Below, piece after piece: positions 19,301-25,528 of a stretch of 35,259 nucleotides of DNA. The notes beneath the pieces were generated by a model. It did not search any database, was not told the origin of the DNA, and saw nothing but the letters and a program-made list of their open reading frames with translations. Within the stretch, counting starts at the first letter, position 1; each line of letters starts with the position of its first letter. The DNA is from a bacterium (lineage in GTDB: Bacteria > UBA9089 > CG2-30-40-21 > SBAY01). A program made the translations under genes and the position numbers. The stretch is from contig JBFLYA010000013.1 of the NCBI GenBank assembly GCA_040757115.1, forward strand, positions 1-35,259, given 5' to 3'.

Positions 19301-20362
19301 ATTTGTATTATAAATCTTGATTGTTACCTTTGCCTCTTCTGGTAGATGATAGGTAATGGTAGTAGTGTCTTTTTGATTGTCATCATTAGGTGAGAAAATA
19401 TAAGGATAAGCACTGACATTTGTTATATAACTACTTATATCAAATATCTGTAAATTACTGTTATTTGAATCTACTACATATAATTTCTTTTGATGGATAG
19501 CCAATTTCTGTGCAGTATGGAATTGTCCTTTACCAGGTCCAAATCTACCAAATGTATGTAAAAATTGACCAGTATTAGAGAATTTTTGTATTCTAAAGTT
19601 ATACTTATCTGCTACCCAAATATTTCCATCCGAATCTACTGCTACATCTACCGGGTCTAAAAACTCACCTACCTGTCTTCCTTGTATACCGAATTTACGA
19701 ATAAAATTACCCTCTTTATCAAATATAGATACCCGTTCATTTCGCATATCGGCAACATAGATATTTCCTTCTTTATCTAATGTTAGACCATAAGGTTCAC
19801 TAAATTGAGTAGTGCCACTACCTTCACTGCCTAATATATTATCTCCATTAAATGAATTTACAGGATTAAAGGATGAATCAAACTTTAGTACTCGATCATT
19901 ACCAGAATCTAAGACATAAAGATTACTATCCTTATCCAATTCTATATCTCTTGGATAATAAAATTGTGGATTACCTGTAAAACACTTTACAAAAGAGATA
20001 CTATTTCCATCATCATACAGATGTTGTACACGCTCATTGCCAGTATCTACTACAAATATATTTCCTCTTTTATCAACTGCAATACCTTGTGGAGCCCTAA
20101 ACTGCCCCTCACCCGTTCCTTCTTGCCCAAAGGCATAAAGAAACTTACCGTTTTTATCATATTTCTTTATCTTATCATTACCGGTATCTGCAACATAAAT
20201 ACTGCCATCATAAGAAACCGCTACACCATAAGGGTATAAAAGTTCTGCCTCAGGTGGTCCTTTCCCCTTTATCCCTACACTACCGATAAAATTAGTACTG
20301 GCGAATACAGTAGTGGTCAAAAATATTAAACTAAATATTAAAAACAATCTCATTTTTACCAT
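7358..20362 (-). CDS. Giant (~4330 aa) secreted surface protein: NHL propeller, FlgD-Ig, 21 Thr-rich IPT/TIG-like repeats, 4 Tyr/Gly-rich Ig-like domains, 2 TolB/PD40 propellers, T9SS type A-like C-terminal domain
   Basis: Signal peptide MVKMRLFLIFSLIFLTTTVFA after SD AGAGGA. NHL motifs (P.GIAVD..GNI.V.D..N.RVQ); FSPNDDNQKD...WDGKD FlgD-like domain; repeated ITL.SP..G.VGT.VTI.G.GF...E.I.IDFGTT; W/FSPDG repeats; C-terminus YCYPNP...KIFNIAGELV...VASGIYIY...GKLAVMR. Confidence 0.9.
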   Translation of the reverse strand: MVKMRLFLIFSLIFLTTTVFASTNFIGSVGIKGKGPPEAELLYPYGVAVSYDGSIYVADTGNDKIKKYDKNGKFLYAFGQEGTGEGQFRAPQGIAVDKRGNIFVVDTGNERVQHLYDDGNSISFVKCFTGNPQFYYPRDIELDKDSNLYVLDSGNDRVLKFDSSFNPVNSFNGDNILGSEGSGTTQFSEPYGLTLDKEGNIYVADMRNERVSIFDKEGNFIRKFGIQGRQVGEFLDPVDVAVDSDGNIWVADKYNFRIQKFSNTGQFLHTFGRFGPGKGQFHTAQKLAIHQKKLYVVDSNNSNLQIFDISSYITNVSAYPYIFSPNDDNQKDTTTITYHLPEEAKVTIKIYNTNHELVRDLIVEVNKPSGTNTEIWDGKDNSNIVVEDDEYTYKIDAVNIMNYHAPQQRDKVIVDNTPPEITNPKAIPGVVPVGATVTLSSKVIDKYGIVEVMVDIAPIGGAGSQAMSYIGNDIYSYQAIVSEVNPGIKELLITGIDNGYNKSTQTLILKVGTPTITILPDSGTVGSVVTVHGEDFFASELIRIDFGTTVSITSSYADATGSFSSIFTIDTMSFGIKTICAVGLSSEVTLRGTFSIKGSIVLISPVIGTIGTIVSIEGVGFEVSEEIVIDFGTTKTIATGVTNLSGVFKIPFTVDSQPIGSKTVRVRGISSNQIIEFTIFVAYEYPILDWTGEENYEQDGLHPEEGERLVGTYTYRVKYIDYLDRPPLTGYPEVRIFRGGRELQNSPFIMEEVNPQDIDYKDGKLYSFEIANLETGLYSYQFVSKNIDEILAKGSPTISHSGPKIIGSPTLTWIGEGGYISDGVEPDVGPTGYFTYKVLYTDIDNIPPAEGYPRVYVCLGGFLISDGYTLIKENGNNYAEGVVYSTNKVRFSYASEAYSYYFEVKNEQGVIGTGTPTVSKDGPIVEGTNLAPLLFMPDEKDYIDGLEPNRGTPGTTFTFRTAYRDINIDPPASGYPALLIYKDGAPYGEGTYSMNFVNGNYLKGATFTISIVLDEVGIYQYKFYAKDSKGEEARGPFFILLQTGPKISHAPELEWRGTPGYEKDGLEPHEGIARETYFTFKVKYKDEDNAPPYSDYPKICILKGTTTIGEAEMRVEPTKDYIEGENYWCVFKLQSGGVYSYYFEAKDEYGIEAIGTPTNISYGPIVIGPGITLVSPVSGFVGTKVTIAGEGYYPTEPIQIDFGTTKTILITTSDAYGKFIATFIVDTQAIGPVDITATSVKYGHNATGIFNIIEKPADGSGIAKIEPDRTIVDITEVFYITYTAEADLSNGTVTLTIPPNWTIPPDWAITVTPGPEVILKYRSIVGSTVIIPIEEMFAEGTFTIMYIGTPQGTITLGTNTFIIKSEGEGGILTPITNQPVVCVEEVINPPYLRQLTTDTCNESPAGYSPDGKMIVYARQSEDDSYTIWIMDADGKNKKEIIKDEEYHCTPLGFLPDGEMLVYSKYLKTHQIGPEEGIYIIKNFKEVINGTPPDEIRVVGTQGLASVSSPDANVMTFSCWNIEYPIADIKAVINLQDVINHDTTPIIKDILVGPEWDVTGGWSPDGKVLSFYSTRSGDPEAWMIKNIQDVLFKNAQPELLQLTNFKEYDCDGVFSPDGEKYAFTSTKDNHPGRWNCWVITNIKDVIYKGAELELEHLIPSLITEGVCSWSPDGTKILIGSYRAGNWDVWEMDYPYDKKAAPATNIISPILNQVLKGKSIIKGTAKDNVSVNNTVLSTLLSYTGEYSLGTNSDYWIPIVTSNTQVDNGTLAIWDVSDLENGLYTIKLTTTDGEDEGVEEVVIRVINSKITLISPDSGVIGTVITVEGKDFVASELIRIDFGTTKTINIVTCSAGGTFSITFPIDTQYFGTKTIMATGVTSGLVAKGKFSIIGQLTKVYPHNPCVGTPVTIEGNGFGKNEMIRIDFGTIHSITTIISNPAGTFSSVFTARYSVSGIVTITAIGLSSNQIDTIKINFLSNMYQLTTSAMDLSSCLSPDGTQIVFHSFRTWPSSIWIMDSDGNNQRQLNVGKESCYNPRFSPDGSYLAFQSERDIWLVTNIQDVIATGTSPELIQIDAGGFENDPGWWSPDNKMLSFYSDYDVWVASNIDEIINEGANPELHQITNTDDALELGICWSPDGKWLAYAKNEDLDWYFGNWEICIITNIQEVIYNNATPTTLQITYNPAFDIPVGFSPDGKKLAFLSTTGWPPRFPKINNISKELMKERIPPAGFPYDAWIINNIEEVVNNGKEAELVQLTNIDTDGIYAIGYFSLSPDGTKLLLNYERTHDSSNICIMDYPDKDVPAANIISPILDQQLKGKAEIIGLAKDNVSVNKEVILSKLSYYSLKYRQENVESKGSTDWNTIITSNTPVELGTLTPWDTTTIPNGIYTLKLIATDGEDENVEEVKVKIANTKITLITPIRGSVGSIVSIEGANFNASEGIRVDFGTTLSIATTISNSLGNFELILTVDIQPYGSTSIIAIGLSSNKTAMEKFFILPQITQFTPTLGSIGTIVTIRGNGHGVSEEILVAFGQTKSIATTYSNSVGAFSINFTVNTQSAGTKTIVVRGNSSGVKTIAYFYITIGTLEPKITLVSPVSGSVGAKITVTGEGYETIEPIIINFGISSTITLTTSSILGTFTAMFTIDTQIYGSTSIVAKGLISNVSTSSCIFITGNITLITPTSGTLGTTITVSGNGFGARERIVIDFGNISTIIVCSSTSIGTFLTYFTATAQSYGTTTVTIQAISNQVFMNYFFVLPKISSILPTTGTIGSIITIRGDGFAGSELIRIDFGTTKSITNVVANNVGYFKATFTIDTQIYGSTTIRVIGTNSSNPVLSYFFIQPNITLVSPKKGTIGTIVTLSGNGYRTYQSIKIRFGTTAIIQLTSTDITGSFSTTFTIDTKTYAEISIIAYENEEISALSRFQTQPNITLISPKEGTIGSIVTLAGNGYVAFQRIRIEFGTIPSIQLTSTSVNGTFTTTFTINTQAYGKTTIVAVQDWLNIKSKGIFTIKSNITLLTPTKGTIGTEVTIFGNGFGKSELIQIDFGATSTIATEESDIMGRFISSFRIDTQPYGSTSICAIGLKTGSSATISFFIKPKIIAITPTSASVGTIVEIKGLGYSSGKMVRIDFGKTLTIVTTTVMSSGLLRTTFTIDTQNYGTTTIVTLGVGKEEVDKTTFIILGNITYISPILGTVGSIVNIEGNGFGSNDIICIDFGTSMTIELTTASYVGTFSTQFMVDLQPYGDKTIVVRSIEVNYIDKDINSFFILPNIKITPTSGEIDSIVTVKGNGYYSSELIWIDFGTTKTISDAKTDTYGSFTTFFRLDTQAYGMKTIVVRSESGLILTTCFYIKDGMLWTSPVSGTVGTMITIRGIGYGANEFIRIDFGTIQTIATAVSNESGIFAVSFTTNLQPYGTTSIIVTGLTSMVSKTDIFFIKPKINSIFPTSGSVGIVVTLQGDGYSSNAELRIDFGMTKSIVTTYTESNGSFKVTFTVDTQPQGTTTVITAINKDQIDKAEFIISGNIVYLSPTSGTVGCIVTIAGNGFGARDTIVIDFGITSSIAITTASSLGTFCTTFSIDIQPFGPKKIIVKSIKAGCVDKAIFTVLPEIILNPTSSSIGSIVTISGTGYFASELIEIDFGLTSSITFTTSYANGTFKTIFTVDTQSAGSKTVIARSKWLSTKVYFCIKGTIIWISPTSGTVGSKVEVKGIGYKANEQIRIDFGTTGTIAACISMEAGSFSVTFTVDTQSAGTTTILVRGIESNEVCISYFVITEDTIPPIILHEFIPSAPAGLPMEVVATITDNVKVNEAILYWKIGGTKTISFTQMVNIGDDLYKGTIAASNVTMRGLLYAIWATDGKNDTLSTIWTTITYGTVSSGKIGAIYPTYKSISVPVHPGNPDPAGVLWNWGNFEQNVRLVYFDGNNWVIHNPPDSTVPNFAPEIGYGITADKDNEIIVYGSSTNPSGYYVIPLKGGLPERWNHIGHPYLYPVALNEQVKFRKGVEVVDPVTAYVNGWIKSSLWYYDGTGFKMVPYPGVIRPWIGYFIPVTVDCEMLVPAEEIGGKHTPDPSQEGKSFCPIEEWVVNNEVRSESEVDEFNPLEHKDGWAIHLSVKAGSLTDRFNFAGVSPEASDTYDDGYDIAEIPMLPVEEGEFAPAYLKCYFISPTEGEYGSDYRSEVETNKEWKFRVEQVGEPGKVEISWDITTVPLQYYLYLKDRDNLIDMRKKESYSGNVGEYSLIVSSGPIKEVSALDSVAESYCYPNPAKGKKVFFVVPQNTRVSLKIFNIAGELVYEKEEDSGGDGIVEWDCHNSAGERVASGIYIYFIRDDKSSKTGKLAVMR
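9060..13135 (-). repeat. Contiguous array of 16 ~85-aa IPT/TIG-like repeats within the giant gene
   Basis: Counted from the translation, TKITLITPIRGSVG through GTIIWISPTSGTVG. Boundaries approximate. Confidence 0.85.
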
Positions 20363-20383
20363 CTTTCGTTCCTCTTTATTTAG

Positions 20384-20455
20384 AGGACGCAGATTTTCGC
20401 AGATTATTAGGATTATTATTAGATATATCTTGTAAATCTTGTTCATCTGCGTCCT
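20384..20455. repeat. Palindromic intergenic element
   Basis: AGGACGCAGAT...ATCTGCGTCCT perfect 11-bp inverted repeat with 9-bp periodic inner arms, just upstream of the giant gene SD. Confidence 0.65.
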
Positions 20456-20519
20456 ATTTTCAGATTATTTAGTTGGAGTGGTATAATTTTTTATTTCTAC
20501 TTAATTTCCATCATATTTT

Positions 20520-20589
20520 TTAGTAATCAGATTAAGCGGATTGATCGGATTATTTTTTATCCATTTTATCCGTTAAATCCGTTTACTAA
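20520..20589. repeat. REP-like imperfect palindrome (TTAGTAA...TTACTAA family)
   Basis: TTAGTAATCAGATTAAGCGGATTGATCGGAT...ATCCGTTAAATCCGTTTACTAA; homologs at 25478-25528 and 35062-35132. Confidence 0.7.
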
Positions 20590-23500
20590 TTATTTAATAA
20601 TCGCCAATTTACCGATACATTTATCTCCTTTAGTATTAGTGATACAATACAGATACACACCACTTGCTACCTTTCTACCAGCATCATTCCTCCCATCCCA
20701 TTCATAGGTATAATCAATACCTTCCTTCTTAAATACCAACTCACCTGATATAGTAAATATTCTTAGAGTTACATCTTGAGTAAGATTTTTAAATATAATT
20801 ACATCTGTTTTACTTTTACTCGGTATAAATGGATTAGGATAGACACAGACCTTGTTTAAATCCTGCATCATTGGTACATCTAATGGCTGAAAATCTGTGT
20901 ATTTGTAAGAGCCAGAGGTAGTATATACAAACTTTGAGTAATCAACTTCCATCCAATCACTGTCATCCTTTATTAATATGAATAGAGGGAATAAGTTATA
21001 TGGTCCATTAATACCTTTACTATATATATCTTTTCCATCAATTTTAAGTGCTATCGTTTGGGTGCCGGTAGATAAAAACTTATGCATAATATCTATATAT
21101 TTAATCACATTAAAAGGAGGTTCTTTGAAATCTTCACATAAAAGTCCTTTTATCATAAACTCTCCTGGTTTCCTAACCTTTACATTTATATTTATCACTA
21201 AATAGTTATGAAGTCCATCACCATCTGTATCTAATCCGTAATCATTAGTTGGGGTGCCACTAAAGGTTACTTCTGGTATTTGAAATTGAGTATAGGAGTA
21301 TGTGCCTGTAATATAGGGATAAGGAAGTGTATCAATCTCCACTAAACCCATAGGAATAGGTACTTTTTCTTCCTCTGCTTCTTCCTCAACTTCTTCTTCA
21401 ACCTCTTCTTTCTCAATAGTCTCAATACATAATCTTACATTATCCACCTTATATGGTCCATCATAACCTGTATTATAAATTTTTCTACCATTAAACTTAA
21501 ATTTGATAGTATATGTACCAGGTTGTAATGATATATTGGTATAACCACTGGTTATAGGACTATTCCCTGAATTATCCCATAACTCTCCACTTATTCTAAA
21601 CTCCCCTGCATTTACAACATTTATCTCATGATTTACTACTAAATAATTATAAAACTCATCATCATCTGTATCCAATGCGTAGTCAGTAAAACTACCGGTA
21701 AAACTTGCATCAGGCAGTTGAAATTGTGTATGAGAATATGTACCAGTAGTATAAGCATCTTGAATGTCATCAAGACAGGTATTACCTTGATATAAATCCA
21801 GATTACGCAATTTATACGGTCCCTCATAGCCTTTATTATAAATCTCTCTTCCATCAAACTTAAGTTCTACTGTATGGGTTCCAGATAATAATGAGATATT
21901 GGTATGTACATAGGTTATGGAATTATTCCCCAAGTTGTCATATAAATTTCCTCTTATCCTGAAATCTCCTGCTTCTATAACATTTACTTCTACATTTATT
22001 ACTAAATAATTGTATCTTTCATCATCATCCGTATCTAAACAATAATCAGTAAAACTACCTGTAAAACTTGCCTCTGGTGGTTGGAATTGGGTATAGGAGT
22101 ATGTACCAGTAGTAAATGCATCTTGAATGTCATCAAGACAGGTATTACCTTGATATAAATCCAGATTACGCAATTTATACGGTCCCTCGTAACCTTTATT
22201 ATAAATTTCTCTACCATCAAACTTAAGTTCTACTGTATGTGTTCCAGATAATAATGAGATATTGGTATGTACATAGGTTATGGAATTATTCCCTGAGTTG
22301 TCATATAACTTTCCTCTTATCCTGAAATCTCCTGCTTCTATAACATTTACTTCTACATTTACTACCAGGTAATTATACCACTCATCATTATCTGTATCCA
22401 GGCCATAATCAGTAAAACTACCAGTAAAACTTGCATCAGGCAGTTGAAATTGTCTATGAGAATATATGCCAGTAGTATAAGCATCTTGAATATCATCAAG
22501 ACAGGTATTACCTTGATATAAATCCAGATTACGCAATTTATACGGTCCCTCGTAACCTTTATTATAAATCTCTCTACCATCAAACTTAAGTTCTACTGTA
22601 TGGGTTCCAGATAATAATGAGATATTGGTATGTACATAGGTTATGGAATGATTCCCTGAGTTGTCATATAAATTTCCTCTTATCCTGAAATCTCCTGCTT
22701 CTATAGCATTTACCTCTGCATTTATTACCAAATAATTATAATATTCATCATCATCTGTATCCAGAGCATAATCAGTAAAACTACCAGTAAAACTTGCCTG
22801 TGGTGGTTGAAATTGGGTATAGGAATATGTGCCAGTATAACCAGATATATATTCAAGGTGGAAATTACTTTGCCATAAATCCAGACGCAATCCATACGGT
22901 CCATCGTAACCTCTATTATAAATCTCTCTCCCATCAAACTTAAGTTCTACTGTATGTGTTCCAGATAATAATGAGATATTGGTATATACATAGGTTATGG
23001 AATGATTCCCTGAGTTGTCATATAAATTTCCTCTTATCCTGAAATCTCCTGCTTCTATAACATTTACTTCTACCTTTACTACCAGGTAATTATACCACTC
23101 ATCATTATCTGTATCCAGGCCATAATCAGTAAAACTACCAGTAAAACTTGCCTCTGGGATTTGAAATTGAGTATAAGAATATGTACCTGTGGTGTAAGCA
23201 TTAGAGATATAGTCAAGTTGAGCACCTGTATTTTCATCTCTTAGGTAGAGATTCTGTAATTTATATGGTCCATCATAGCTTTTATCATAAATCCGTCTGC
23301 CATCAAATTTAAGCTCTATTGTATGTGTTCCTGGTGATAATGATATATTGGTAAACCCATAGGTTATGGAATTACTCCCTGAATTATCATATAACCATTT
23401 TTCTATTCTAAATTCCCCTGCTTTTATAACATTTACTTCCGCATTTATTACTAAATAATTATATCGCTCATCATCATCTGTATCCAGAGCATAATCAGTA

Positions 23501-25434
23501 AAACTACCGGTAAACTTTGCATTCGGGGATTGAAATTGAGTATAAGAGTATGTGCCAGTAGTATAAGCATTAGAGATATAGTCAAGTTGAATATAATCTT
23601 GCCATAACTTTATATAACGCAATTTATACGGTCCATTATAACCTTTACTGTAAATTTCTCTCCCGTCAAATTTAAGTTCTATTGTATGTGTACCTGTTGC
23701 TAATAGTATATTATGAGTATAGCCACAGCTTATATAATTCCCTAAATTATCGTATAAATTTCCATCTATTCTAAATTCCCCTGTTTCTAAAACATTTATT
23801 TCTACATTTATTACTAAATAATTATATCTTTCATCATCATCCGTATCTAAACAATAATCAGTAAAACTACCAGTAAAACTTGCCTCTGGGATTTGAAATT
23901 GAGTATAAGAATATGTACCTGTGGTGTAAGCATTAGAGATATAGTCAAGTTGAGTACCTGTATTTTCATCTCTTATGTAGAGATTTTGTAATTTATATGG
24001 TCCATCATAGCTTTTATCATAAATCTCTCTGCCATCAAATTTAAGCTCTATTGTATGTGTTCCTGGTGATAATGATATATTGGTAAACCCATAGGTTATG
24101 GAATGATTTCCTGAGTTGTCATATAAATTTCCTCTTATCCTGAAATCTCCTGCTTCTATAACATTTACTTCTACATTTACTACCAGGTAATTATACCACT
24201 CATCATTATCTGTATCCAGGCCATAATCAGTAAAACTACCTGTAAAACTTACCTTTGGTGGTTGAAATTGGGTATAGGAGTATGTACCAGTAGTAAATGC
24301 ATCTTGAATGTCATCAAGACAGGTATTACCTTGATATAAATCCAGATTACACAATTTATACGGTCCATCATAGCCTTTATTATAAATCTCTCTACCATCA
24401 AACTTAAGTTCTACTGTATGTGTTCCAGATAATAATGAGATATTGGTATGTACATAGGTTATGGAATGATTCCCTGAGTTGTCATATAAATTTCCTCTTA
24501 TCCTGAAATCTCCTGCTTCTATAACATTTACCTCTGCATTTATTACCAAATAATTATAATATTCATCATCATCTGTATCCAGAGCATAATCAGTAAAACT
24601 ACCAGTAAAACTTGCATCAGGCAGTTGAAATTGTGTATGAGAATATATGCCAGTAGTATAAGCATCTTGAATATCATCAAGATAGGTATTACCTTGATAT
24701 AAATCCAGATTACGCAATTTATACGGTCCATCATAGCCTTTATTATAAATCTCTCTACCATCAAACTTAAGTTCTACTGTATGTGTTCCAGATAATAATG
24801 AGATATTGGTATATACCTGGGTTATGGAATTATTCCCCAAGTTGTCATATAAATTTCCTCTTATCCTGAAATCTCCTGCTTCTATAACATTTACTTCTAC
24901 ATTTACTACCAGGTAATTATACCACTCATCATTATCTGTATCCAGGCCATAATCAGTAAAACTACCAGTAAAACTTGCCTGTGGTGGTTGAAATTGGGTA
25001 TAAGAATATGTACCAGTGGTATAAGCGTGTAGAATGTGATCAAGATGAATATTACCTTGTTCTAATACTATATAATACAATTTATACGGTCCATCATACC
25101 CCTTATTATAAATTTCTCTACCATCAAATTTGACCTCTACACTGTATGTTCCAGGTGATAAAGATATATCAGTATAGGCATGGCTTATATAATCACTTTC
25201 TAAATTATCACATAACCCCCCTTTTATTCTAAATTCTCCAGTTTCTGAAACATTTATTTCTACATTTATTACCAAATAATTATAATATTCATCATCATCA
25301 TCATCTGTATCCAATCCATAATCAGATAGTTTACCAGTAAAATGTGCAGTTATAGTTCCTGCCTCACTATATCCTGAAAGACTTAACCAGATACTTATTA
25401 TTAATATACCTAAAATAATAATTTTCTTTTTCAT
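20590..25434 (-). CDS. Secreted protein with 12 tandem ~121-aa acidic beta-sandwich repeats and a T9SS type A/FlgD-like C-terminal domain
   Basis: Signal peptide MKKKIIILGILIISIWLSLSGYSEA. Unit ASFTGSFTDYxLDTDxDExYNYLV...FDGREIY..GY.GPYKL...YTTGTYSYTQFQ. C-terminus VYPNPF...WDGRNDAGRKVASGVYLY...GKLAIIK. Confidence 0.9.
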   Translation of the reverse strand: MKKKIIILGILIISIWLSLSGYSEAGTITAHFTGKLSDYGLDTDDDDDEYYNYLVINVEINVSETGEFRIKGGLCDNLESDYISHAYTDISLSPGTYSVEVKFDGREIYNKGYDGPYKLYYIVLEQGNIHLDHILHAYTTGTYSYTQFQPPQASFTGSFTDYGLDTDNDEWYNYLVVNVEVNVIEAGDFRIRGNLYDNLGNNSITQVYTNISLLSGTHTVELKFDGREIYNKGYDGPYKLRNLDLYQGNTYLDDIQDAYTTGIYSHTQFQLPDASFTGSFTDYALDTDDDEYYNYLVINAEVNVIEAGDFRIRGNLYDNSGNHSITYVHTNISLLSGTHTVELKFDGREIYNKGYDGPYKLCNLDLYQGNTCLDDIQDAFTTGTYSYTQFQPPKVSFTGSFTDYGLDTDNDEWYNYLVVNVEVNVIEAGDFRIRGNLYDNSGNHSITYGFTNISLSPGTHTIELKFDGREIYDKSYDGPYKLQNLYIRDENTGTQLDYISNAYTTGTYSYTQFQIPEASFTGSFTDYCLDTDDDERYNYLVINVEINVLETGEFRIDGNLYDNLGNYISCGYTHNILLATGTHTIELKFDGREIYSKGYNGPYKLRYIKLWQDYIQLDYISNAYTTGTYSYTQFQSPNAKFTGSFTDYALDTDDDERYNYLVINAEVNVIKAGEFRIEKWLYDNSGSNSITYGFTNISLSPGTHTIELKFDGRRIYDKSYDGPYKLQNLYLRDENTGAQLDYISNAYTTGTYSYTQFQIPEASFTGSFTDYGLDTDNDEWYNYLVVKVEVNVIEAGDFRIRGNLYDNSGNHSITYVYTNISLLSGTHTVELKFDGREIYNRGYDGPYGLRLDLWQSNFHLEYISGYTGTYSYTQFQPPQASFTGSFTDYALDTDDDEYYNYLVINAEVNAIEAGDFRIRGNLYDNSGNHSITYVHTNISLLSGTHTVELKFDGREIYNKGYEGPYKLRNLDLYQGNTCLDDIQDAYTTGIYSHRQFQLPDASFTGSFTDYGLDTDNDEWYNYLVVNVEVNVIEAGDFRIRGKLYDNSGNNSITYVHTNISLLSGTHTVELKFDGREIYNKGYEGPYKLRNLDLYQGNTCLDDIQDAFTTGTYSYTQFQPPEASFTGSFTDYCLDTDDDERYNYLVINVEVNVIEAGDFRIRGNLYDNLGNNSITYVHTNISLLSGTHTVELKFDGREIYNKGYEGPYKLRNLDLYQGNTCLDDIQDAYTTGTYSHTQFQLPDASFTGSFTDYALDTDDDEFYNYLVVNHEINVVNAGEFRISGELWDNSGNSPITSGYTNISLQPGTYTIKFKFNGRKIYNTGYDGPYKVDNVRLCIETIEKEEVEEEVEEEAEEEKVPIPMGLVEIDTLPYPYITGTYSYTQFQIPEVTFSGTPTNDYGLDTDGDGLHNYLVININVKVRKPGEFMIKGLLCEDFKEPPFNVIKYIDIMHKFLSTGTQTIALKIDGKDIYSKGINGPYNLFPLFILIKDDSDWMEVDYSKFVYTTSGSYKYTDFQPLDVPMMQDLNKVCVYPNPFIPSKSKTDVIIFKNLTQDVTLRIFTISGELVFKKEGIDYTYEWDGRNDAGRKVASGVYLYCITNTKGDKCIGKLAIIK
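20880..25347 (-). repeat. ~363-bp coding tandem repeat, 12 units, central units near-identical in DNA
   Basis: Recurring CATAATCAGTAAAACTACC.GTAAAACTT and TTCCTCTTATCCTGAAATCTCCTGCTTCTATA blocks at roughly 354-369 bp spacing. Confidence 0.92.
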
Positions 25435-25477
25435 AGCTCTTCTTTGTAATCGAATTAAACGAATTAAACTAAATTTT

Positions 25478-25528
25478 TTAGTAATCGGATTAAGCGGATT
25501 TATCGAATTATTTTTATCCGTTTACTAA
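25478..25528. repeat. REP-like imperfect palindrome (TTAGTAA...TTACTAA family), shortened copy
   Basis: TTAGTAATCGGATTAAGCGGATTTATCGAATT...ATCCGTTTACTAA, directly after the TAA of the TolB-like gene. Confidence 0.65.

Noticed and set aside
20363-20446. 28-aa N-terminal extension of the giant ORF
   Set aside because: It reads through a palindromic element. The SD and signal peptide support the ATG at 20362.
21639-24764. Five short minus-strand ORFs (MM.E.FIIK...)
   Set aside because: Alternative-frame shadows of the repeat units inside the 1614-aa gene.
20880-25347. Diversity-generating retroelement (TR/VR pair) or CRISPR array as the source of the repeats
   Set aside because: No reverse transcriptase or cas gene in the window. 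The repeats are in-frame ~363-bp coding units whose differences come in shared blocks, not as unique spacers or an obvious adenine-only pattern.
20520-25528. Integron attC sites
   Set aside because: The palindromes lack the RYYYAAC...GTTRRRY ends and no integrase is present.
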